Source of the DNA: a virus
Lineage: Duplodnaviria > Caudoviricetes
IMG/VR virus record: IMGVR_UViG_3300030389_004959
Coordinates: 1-61,517 of that record
Strand: one strand, 5' to 3'
Length of the DNA stretch: 61,517 nucleotides
Shown: one piece after another, positions 1 to 6,378 of the stretch
How positions within the stretch are numbered: position 1 is the first letter of the stretch
How the letters are laid out: every line of letters begins with the position of its first letter
Notes under the pieces: generated by a model
Told to the model about the DNA's origin: nothing
Seen by the model: the letters and a program-made list of their open reading frames with translations, nothing else
Databases searched by the model: none
Translations under genes and position numbers: made by a program

Positions 1-116
1 GCCGGAGTGTATCGGACCAGATCGTGTAGCTCGTCGTTGGAGATATCGCGAGGGATATCCAACGAAGTTAGAGCGGGTAAAATCTGGGCGCGTCGTCTGT
101 CGATTTTGATTAGCAT
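1..116 (-). CDS. Hypothetical protein, N-terminal fragment (runs off the window edge)
   Basis: ATG at 116 preceded by AAAGGA; reads MLIKIDRRRAQILPALTSLDIPRDISNDELHDLVRYTP with no stop; promoter at 160-188 points at it. Confidence 0.6.
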   Translation of the reverse strand, partial: MLIKIDRRRAQILPALTSLDIPRDISNDELHDLVRYTP

Positions 117-159
117 TTTCGTGGTTCCTTTTGTTTGGAGTCTTGCTCGACTCACTTAG

Positions 160-188
160 AGTGTATACCGCCCCGTGAACAGTTGCAA
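160..188 (-). promoter_or_regulatory. Sigma70-type promoter with upstream A-tracts
   Basis: Minus strand TTGCAA (188-183), 17 nt spacer, TACACT (165-160); T-runs at 192-232 on + read as UP-element-like A-tracts. Confidence 0.6.
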
Positions 189-240
189 GGCTTTTTTTTG
201 CGGTTTTCCTTTTTTTTGGTCGGTTATTTTTTGTCCCCGT

Positions 241-265
241 CGTGTGCGCGCGCGCGCGCGTGCGC
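241..265. repeat. 25-bp alternating purine/pyrimidine tract with (CG)7
   Basis: CGTGTGCGCGCGCGCGCGCGTGCGC read directly. Confidence 0.9.
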
Positions 266-288
266 CCGTCGTTGATAGGGCACAGGGT

Positions 289-317
289 GCGCCGGGGGTC
301 ACCATAACCCCCGGCGC
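289..317 (-). terminator. GC-rich hairpin just after the stop of ORF 324-1064
   Basis: GCGCCGGGGGT / ACCCCCGGCGC, 11-bp stem, 7-nt loop; no U-tract. Confidence 0.6.
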
Positions 318-323
318 CGTCAA

Positions 324-1064
324 TCACTTGAGTAGGCCGGATAGATCCGGTCTGTACGCGTTGACGATCGACGCCATATTATCAAACGTATGGCGACCGA
401 TGGAGACCGATTCGACGTTCTGAGTCCCGTCTTGGTTTATCAAAGTAAACCGACGGATCGGGACTTTTGGCGCGTCAATCACTTTATTGATTAGCGAACA
501 TACTTGCGAGATCGACTTAGTTGGGTCCTGCATATACCGCGCCGATTGCGCTTCAGCTCCGGCAATATTCTTTTCAAGTCGAGCTCGAGTAACCGCGCGC
601 CAGTCTACGGTTCCGGGTTGGATTATCTTCTGGTTCGCGTGATTTTCTTCGGCATTGTGGAGCTCAAAACTCCAGAGCTCTGTTTTCTGATCTTTTACGA
701 GTCGAGCCAAAACGCGGTTATCGTTATTCACAATAACCGGGTGAGTCTCAATGGGTCCGCGCGGTTTCCGGTTCTCCCGGTCGATTATACGCTGGTCCAA
801 AATACGCAGAGCCGCGGAAACGACGGTAACGGGGATATTGACACCGTACAGGCTTTGGATGCTCGCGTGCATGTCCAGTGCACTCCATCCGTCCAGACAC
901 TGCCGATCGATATCGACTTGACGCCGTGACGCATGGGTCGCAACGTGAAAGCATCGATTCTTGATAGAGTTATCGCTTTTGGACTTGTGACCTTTTACCC
1001 ATGCGAATGCGCCGGATTGAATAAAAAGGATGAACGGTTGACGTGATACAGCTTTTTTGTTCAC
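324..1064 (-). CDS. Hypothetical protein
   Basis: 246-aa ORF; start overlaps the stop of the upstream gene; followed by a hairpin. Confidence 0.7.
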   Translation of the reverse strand: MNKKAVSRQPFILFIQSGAFAWVKGHKSKSDNSIKNRCFHVATHASRRQVDIDRQCLDGWSALDMHASIQSLYGVNIPVTVVSAALRILDQRIIDRENRKPRGPIETHPVIVNNDNRVLARLVKDQKTELWSFELHNAEENHANQKIIQPGTVDWRAVTRARLEKNIAGAEAQSARYMQDPTKSISQVCSLINKVIDAPKVPIRRFTLINQDGTQNVESVSIGRHTFDNMASIVNAYRPDLSGLLK

Positions 1065-1426
1065 TTTACACCCCCGTAGTTATCGCAATAGTCATAGATT
1101 CCATTCAACCGGTAGACCTCGTCCCGCCAGTTGGTCGAAAACTCAGTCGTGGGACAGTCGGCCTGCTTAAGAAGCGAAACGGGACAGTCCCAATAGACTG
1201 GACCCATTGACTCGTCGATCGCCTTGTATCCCCATTCACCGCCATAGGATGACAGTTTAAAAAGGCAGATAAACGAAGGTCCTTCCTTCGGCTTTATCAG
1301 CATCCATAGATGCCGTCCAAAGTTAGTAGCTTTGCGGTCAATGATGCTGAAGCGATCGCCGCTGTATTGTTTCACAAGGTCGTCAACTACGTCTTGACGA
1401 CTCCGATAACCTGATATCGTTCCCAT
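1061..1426 (-). CDS. DUF6927-like protein (mobile-element/phage family)
   Basis: Motif WGYKAIDESMGPVYWDCPVSLL...WR; start moved to ATG 1426 because of a GGAGAA RBS. Confidence 0.6.
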   Translation of the reverse strand: MGTISGYRSRQDVVDDLVKQYSGDRFSIIDRKATNFGRHLWMLIKPKEGPSFICLFKLSSYGGEWGYKAIDESMGPVYWDCPVSLLKQADCPTTEFSTNWRDEVYRLNGIYDYCDNYGGVK

Positions 1427-1472
1427 AGTGTGTTCTCCATCGGCGGGGTTTATGGTGAATGCCGATACATTG

Positions 1473-1501
1473 AGTTTAGTTGATGCAGTGTAGACCGTCA
1501 A
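1473..1501 (-). promoter_or_regulatory. Sigma70-type promoter
   Basis: TTGACG, 17 nt, TAAACT on the minus strand upstream of ATG 1426. Confidence 0.7.
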
Positions 1502-1750
1502 GTGTACAGTGTAAAAAAAAGTTGATCTATATCAGCTCGTTAGTCCCCGTCGATCGATGCCCTATCATCCGAGGGATGATTCTGAACCATCGGTCAGTAT
1601 TGAGGCCCCAAACTGACCCACGGGTCACATTGATCTAAGTCAAATCCAAATCCAGCTCGATTCCCCATCGTTCAGCTGATGCCCTATCATTCCCCTTCCC
1701 CATCTTGAGAGAGAACGTTGAGAGAAAATACACAGGTATGATTATACGAG
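1502..1750. other. Non-coding divergent region with direct and inverted repeats (possible genome end, pac site or origin)
   Basis: GATGCCCTATCAT at 1556-1568 and 1678-1690; ATCATCC-GAG-GGATGAT at 1564-1580; TGACCC-AC-GGGTCA at 1614-1627; transcription diverges here. Confidence 0.5.
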
Positions 1751-1778
1751 GTATGTGCACACAGGAGGATATCCACAG

Positions 1779-2090
1779 ATGACTGACGCTACGAATGACT
1801 TTGTCATGGTGGATACAGAGGACGACTCAGATCTGGGTTTGTTTCCATTGGAAGACATTGACTTCTCTCTCGACACAGAGTGGTTCTTTGAAGGTGCATG
1901 GTTGGGTCTGGTATCATTCTTGGATGAGGACTATCCAGACGCAACTCTCGGAGAAGCTATGGCATCAGAAGATGATGATGGTCATCTGGCTGTATGGGCA
2001 AGATTTGATTTTGGTGAAAGTGTAATGTGGTTGCGATTCATGACGTTCTCACCGTTTCATTGGACATGGAAGAATGGAGAGTTCAACTGA
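1779..2090 (+). CDS. Small, highly acidic hypothetical protein
   Basis: AGGAGG RBS at 1763-1768; 103 aa with 25 D/E versus 3 K/R. Confidence 0.75.
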   Translation: MTDATNDFVMVDTEDDSDLGLFPLEDIDFSLDTEWFFEGAWLGLVSFLDEDYPDATLGEAMASEDDDGHLAVWARFDFGESVMWLRFMTFSPFHWTWKNGEFN

Positions 2091-3007
2091 TGGAGTGCAT
2101 GGTCTTAGAGCAGTTCTATCCAGTGTCTGGTGTAGACGGTGTAGATGAGAAACCAATCTTTGGTTCTGATGTTGAACAATACAGGACAGCATTGGGTGCA
2201 TCATTTGATGATGAGTTCATCTTCAAGAAAGTCATCAAGTCAAAAGGCAAAGCAAGAACTTGGTTTGTTCCGGGTGATGTCATCTGTCGTCGTATTGGGT
2301 TGACAGAAGATCGTTGTGATTTGCTACGTCCAATGAGAGACAGAGTTTACTCTTCATACAAAGTTGATGTTTCGATTTACGAGGATGAGATTGAACAGGT
2401 CAGACGTGAAGCCATTGAATCTCATAAATGGAAAGCTCATAGACGAAAGACTTTGTTTGTTGTTGTAGATCCTCAGGGCAGAGCTCTTGTTGTAGCAAGA
2501 CAACATTGGGGTGATTCATTCACAGTATTGATGGAACAACTTTGTCCGATGTTGAAGATTCATCAGCAGTATGCATGCAAGCCATACAGAGTTGCTGCGT
2601 CATGGTGTGCTTTCAAAACAATGCATCGATATGCAATGGAACATTGCAATGGAAAGATGAACACCATTCAGTTTCTCAAATGTATGAGACATGCAGAAAC
2701 AATCTATATGCGACGAGTTGCATTGAAGAATAGAACTGGCAGTGGTCGCATCATTCAGATGTACAAGTATCGTGCATTGAAGCATCAAGACTTTTGGGAT
2801 CGTTGCTTCAAGATGATTGATGATGGTCAATCAGTTCCATTGTCAGTTCGTCATGTTCGAGATCATTTCTGTACAAGATGGGTTGCAGTCAGTCCTGATG
2901 AAATGGATTGGTATCTCAGTTGCATATGGTGGCCTGAGTGGAAGCGTGGAGGTCCAGTAAGATTTCAACGTTTCAAGAAAGGCTATGGAGGTAGGATGTG
3001 GAAGTAG
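2090..3007 (+). CDS. Hypothetical protein
   Basis: TGATG stop/start overlap at 2088-2092; about 305 aa. Confidence 0.75.
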   Translation: MECMVLEQFYPVSGVDGVDEKPIFGSDVEQYRTALGASFDDEFIFKKVIKSKGKARTWFVPGDVICRRIGLTEDRCDLLRPMRDRVYSSYKVDVSIYEDEIEQVRREAIESHKWKAHRRKTLFVVVDPQGRALVVARQHWGDSFTVLMEQLCPMLKIHQQYACKPYRVAASWCAFKTMHRYAMEHCNGKMNTIQFLKCMRHAETIYMRRVALKNRTGSGRIIQMYKYRALKHQDFWDRCFKMIDDGQSVPLSVRHVRDHFCTRWVAVSPDEMDWYLSCIWWPEWKRGGPVRFQRFKKGYGGRMWK

Positions 3008-3375
3008 CAACAGACAATACAGAACTTAAGTTGAAGTCTTGTTGTCATCATGTTGAACGACATCTCAGATTAGCAATCAGTGATTGGTATCATTTGTTAT
3101 CAAAGCTTTCGTTGAGTTCAGACACTTGGTTGTTTGATTGTGAATGGTGGATGAAGCAAGTTCCATCACAGTTGGATTTGCCTTGGGCATTTGACAATCT
3201 TCATCAATCGATTCTTAGGCCGGGAATGTTTCATGTCTTGATGACAAGGGTCGATGAGATTTGTCTATCGATGCAACGTCATGATTCAGTTGATTATCCA
3301 AAGAGTATGAAAGAGTTGAGGTCATCATTGCAAACTCTTGAATCTGAAATGAGGTCTTGCAATGTTTCGGTTTGA
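2998..3375 (+). CDS. Hypothetical protein
   Basis: GGAGG RBS upstream of GTG; overlaps both neighbours. Confidence 0.65.
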   Translation: MEVATDNTELKLKSCCHHVERHLRLAISDWYHLLSKLSLSSDTWLFDCEWWMKQVPSQLDLPWAFDNLHQSILRPGMFHVLMTRVDEICLSMQRHDSVDYPKSMKELRSSLQTLESEMRSCNVSV

Positions 3376-3802
3376 CTGTGTGATACCGGGTGCTCCGATT
3401 GGTAAGGGTAGACCGAGAGCAGCCAAGATGGGTAGTCATGTTCGGTTGTATACACCGAAGCGTACTGCAGATTGGGAACGATCAAGTGCATTGATCATGA
3501 AGAATGAATGGCGAGCTGCACCGTGTGACAAGGTTTGTCGTGTTGAGATTGTTGCTGTGTTTCCGAGACCAAAGCGTTTGCTTCGGAAGAAAGACCCACA
3601 TCATAGGCTTTGGCACAGTTCGAAACCAGACATAGACAATGTATGTAAGAGCGTGCTGGATTCTCTGGTGATGGCAGGTGTGATTCGAGATGACACACAG
3701 GTTGTTGAACTACTGGCGAAATCTGTTTATGCATCCAAAGATGAAGGGCCTTGTGTGGAGGTCATGATGTCTTCTATTGACTGCAGTGGTCCAGTTGAGT
3801 AG
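3362..3802 (+). CDS. rusA: RusA family Holliday junction resolvase
   Basis: IPGAPIGKGRPR N-terminus; KPDIDNVCKSVLDSL...GVIRDDTQV catalytic motif. Confidence 0.92.
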   Translation: MFRFDCVIPGAPIGKGRPRAAKMGSHVRLYTPKRTADWERSSALIMKNEWRAAPCDKVCRVEIVAVFPRPKRLLRKKDPHHRLWHSSKPDIDNVCKSVLDSLVMAGVIRDDTQVVELLAKSVYASKDEGPCVEVMMSSIDCSGPVE

Positions 3803-3971
3803 TTTAAATGTGCTGACGAGTCTGTTGACGTGGTGTGGTGACCATATTGACATACAAAGACAAATTGGCCTTCACATAAGTGTTGTTCTCTTTGTCCTCG
3901 GCTGTAGTCTCTGTGCAGTCGAGGACTTTTTTTTATGTTAGATGCGATGTATCATTTTGCTCGGAGGCAGT

Positions 3972-4658
3972 ATGCACGGTGAATCTAAAGGCTCATTGGT
4001 AATCAACATCATGCCGATGAGTGAAAAGGAGATGGAAAACGAGCGATTGAAAAAGATTGCACGAAGTTCTGGCACATACATGGATTCCAAGCCTGAAAAA
4101 GACTGTGGATGTCCCGATGACATGGAAATTGTGCGTGATTTGGACGTAATTTTGTTTGAAAACATGGATGGAATGGTCGAAGCACCGATGTTTGCGATGC
4201 AAGAAATGCCACGTTTTGCTCGCGCTATGGGCGCAAATGATGACGAAATGGCTCAAATTCAGGCTCAAATGGCCATGAAAAAGCTCAAAAATGGGTCGGA
4301 ACCTGCTGCATTATCGGCTTTGAAGCGTGATTTTCGCGATATGAAGAAGTTTGGTGGCGATGATGTTGCCATGCAATTGAGTCGTGAAATGATGCAAGAA
4401 GACATGATGATGGACGACGCGATGATGGACGACATGTTGAGCACTGCCATGACTTCGGCGCCGATGATGTCTCCTGATGATTTGATGACCGAGGCCAAGT
4501 CTGCGATGTTCGAAGAGTTTGGCAGGGATGCAATGTTTCTCATCGAAGACAATCAAGATGGCGTGGTTGTGTTTTCAGTCGATTCACCAGAGATGGGTCG
4601 GGTTCGATACGTGTATGATTCTCAAAGTGGCACCGGTCGTGTCATGCGAGGTGAGTAG
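3972..4658 (+). CDS. Met-rich acidic hypothetical protein
   Basis: GGAGG RBS at 3963-3967; 33 Met in 228 aa. Confidence 0.8.
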   Translation: MHGESKGSLVINIMPMSEKEMENERLKKIARSSGTYMDSKPEKDCGCPDDMEIVRDLDVILFENMDGMVEAPMFAMQEMPRFARAMGANDDEMAQIQAQMAMKKLKNGSEPAALSALKRDFRDMKKFGGDDVAMQLSREMMQEDMMMDDAMMDDMLSTAMTSAPMMSPDDLMTEAKSAMFEEFGRDAMFLIEDNQDGVVVFSVDSPEMGRVRYVYDSQSGTGRVMRGE

Positions 4659-4918
4659 TGGCACGCAAGGGTACTCCGACCAAGGTCAACAGTCCGCGCC
4701 GCATCCGAAAGGGAGAGCCGGGCTACGGACGTAAGAAGTTCGTTGTTCGCGCCAAGAAAGGCGACAAGGAAAAGACCATCCGATATGGTGATGCAAACAT
4801 GGAGATCAAACGAGACAATCCGGCGAGGCGCAAAAGTTTTCGTGCTCGGCACGGATGCGATAAACTCGACGCTGATGATAAATTGATGGCCAAATATTGG
4901 TCTTGCAAAAAATGGTGA
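4658..4918 (+). CDS. Small basic conserved phage protein (RRKSFRARH-C...YWSCKKW family)
   Basis: IRYGDANMEIKRDNPARRKSFRARHGCD...KYWSCKKW, a pattern I recognise from environmental phage ORFs. Confidence 0.75.
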   Translation: MARKGTPTKVNSPRRIRKGEPGYGRKKFVVRAKKGDKEKTIRYGDANMEIKRDNPARRKSFRARHGCDKLDADDKLMAKYWSCKKW

Positions 4919-4923
4919 TTTGA

Positions 4924-5193
4924 ATGCGATACAAGCTCGATGACGACGACAAAACCCTCGCTCACAACTCTGCGGATATGCCCAAGGATCCGAAGAAGGC
5001 GCTGAAGAAGGTTTCATCAAACTTGAAGAAGGCTTCTGCTACACATGCGAAGCAGTCCAAGGTTTTGGCGAAGGCTTCTAAGACTCACGCAAAAGATGCT
5101 GAGACTGTGTCCAAGTTGACCAAGGACATGAAGCGGACCAAGAATCCCGGCTATTCCATGAAGGGCAAGAAGAAGGGCGGCAGCGACTACTAA
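4924..5193 (+). CDS. Small Lys-rich protein
   Basis: 89 aa with internal repeat KASATHAKQS / KASKTHAKDA. Confidence 0.75.
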   Translation: MRYKLDDDDKTLAHNSADMPKDPKKALKKVSSNLKKASATHAKQSKVLAKASKTHAKDAETVSKLTKDMKRTKNPGYSMKGKKKGGSDY

Positions 5194-5202
5194 GCTGAAG
5201 GA

Positions 5203-5421
5203 GTGGTCGTGGATAAGACCGATAAAAAACTCTCGAAGAGCATGCGTCCCAAGAAAAAGCGCAAGTTCAACAAGAAGTACACGAAGGGTTCGCCCAACGT
5301 GAAGCGTCGTAAAGAACTGATGAGTGCGATTGCGGACATCTACGAGAATGAAAAACAGCCGTACTCTGCTGCCGTGAAGAAGAGGCTCGACCGTCTGATG
5401 AAGGAGCGCGACAAGATATGA
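5203..5421 (+). CDS. Small Lys-rich protein
   Basis: AAGGAG RBS before GTG; ATGA overlap with the next gene. Confidence 0.7.
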   Translation: MVVDKTDKKLSKSMRPKKKRKFNKKYTKGSPNVKRRKELMSAIADIYENEKQPYSAAVKKRLDRLMKERDKI

Positions 5422-5663
5422 GCAAGAAGAAGAAAAAAGGCGGGATGGCTGGGCTTGATGCCGCTCAAAAGCAGGTCTACAAGCGTGGTCTCGCTGCGTA
5501 TATGAGCTCCGGCAACCGCCCCAAGGTTTCGCAACACGCATGGGCCATGGCTCGAGTGAAGAGCGAGTTTGGACGCAAAGAGGCTGCCAAGATTCGTCGT
5601 CAGGGCAAGAAGGATGACAGCACGCTCAAGAAGGGCATGCGGAAAAAGAAGAAGAAGAAATGA
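5418..5663 (+). CDS. DUF5824-like small basic protein
   Basis: QVYKRGLAAYMSSGNRPKVSQHAWAMARVKS resembles the family core VYxRGxAAW..GHRPG...WxxARV. Confidence 0.65.
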   Translation: MSKKKKKGGMAGLDAAQKQVYKRGLAAYMSSGNRPKVSQHAWAMARVKSEFGRKEAAKIRRQGKKDDSTLKKGMRKKKKKK

Positions 5664-5836
5664 AAAAAGACCCCGTCGGAAATAAAATCAAGAAACTGAT
5701 GGACGAGGGCAAGCCCAAGAAGCAGGCGATTGCGATTGCACTCAGCATGAAAGAGGATGGCAAGCTTGGTCCTCGAGGGGGCAAAAAAGACGACGCCACC
5801 CTCAAAAAGAACATGCGTGCTAAAAAGAAAACATAG
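5660..5836 (+). CDS. 58-aa basic protein with KQAIAIALS motif (absent from the ORF track)
   Basis: MKKDPVGNKIKKLMDEGKPKKQAIAIALSMKEDGKLGPRGGKKDDATLKKNMRAKKKT; ATGA overlap with the previous stop; fills the gap to the next gene. Confidence 0.8.
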   Translation: MKKDPVGNKIKKLMDEGKPKKQAIAIALSMKEDGKLGPRGGKKDDATLKKNMRAKKKT

Positions 5837-5847
5837 GAGATCGGGTC

Positions 5848-6378
5848 ATGGATTACAGTCGAAGCGTTTCAGAGCGCATGCGTCGGGGCATGCGTGAGGC
5901 TCAGTCGGGTGCTGGGGAGCAGCAGATTTCTGCCGCAATGGACGATGAGTTGGCTGAAAAGCGCAAAGAAGATCGAAGCGCCATGGCAGCCCGAGCTGCA
6001 AAAGCGAAGTCGACCAGCGCGGGGCAGAAAGCCGCAATGAAATCTGGTCTGTTCAAAGCCATGGGCAAGGTTGCAGTGGACGTGGCCAAAGACATGAGCA
6101 AAAAGCCAACCACGGACAATAAAGCATCGCCCACTCCGATGGCAGAAGTGGTGACCACAGACACCGGTAAGGGAACCTTGAAGGCGGGTCCTGCGCTGCA
6201 GTTGGCGAAACCCGGTGATACGCGATTGAAGGGCCAAGCAGGTCTGGACGCTGCAAAATCTGAGTTCGACCGACTGAGTGCTCAACAAAGGGAAACTGAG
6301 AAAATTGCTTCGATGAGCGAAGAGGAGTTCGAAAAGTACTCTCGATCAGGAAAACTGTACAGTCCAAAGAGGATGTAA
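5848..6378 (+). CDS. Ala/Lys-rich hypothetical protein (possible virion/ejection protein)
   Basis: AGGAG RBS; TAATG coupling to the large protein. Confidence 0.7.
   Translation: MDYSRSVSERMRRGMREAQSGAGEQQISAAMDDELAEKRKEDRSAMAARAAKAKSTSAGQKAAMKSGLFKAMGKVAVDVAKDMSKKPTTDNKASPTPMAEVVTTDTGKGTLKAGPALQLAKPGDTRLKGQAGLDAAKSEFDRLSAQQRETEKIASMSEEEFEKYSRSGKLYSPKRM

Noticed and set aside
175-423. 82-aa ORF with an RARARA stretch
   Set aside because: Translation of T-runs, the (CG)n tract and a hairpin; the region is better explained as non-coding
1500-1750. CRISPR-like or tRNA-like element
   Set aside because: Only two short repeat copies with no regular spacing; no cloverleaf or T-arm consensus here or in the other intergenic gaps I examined
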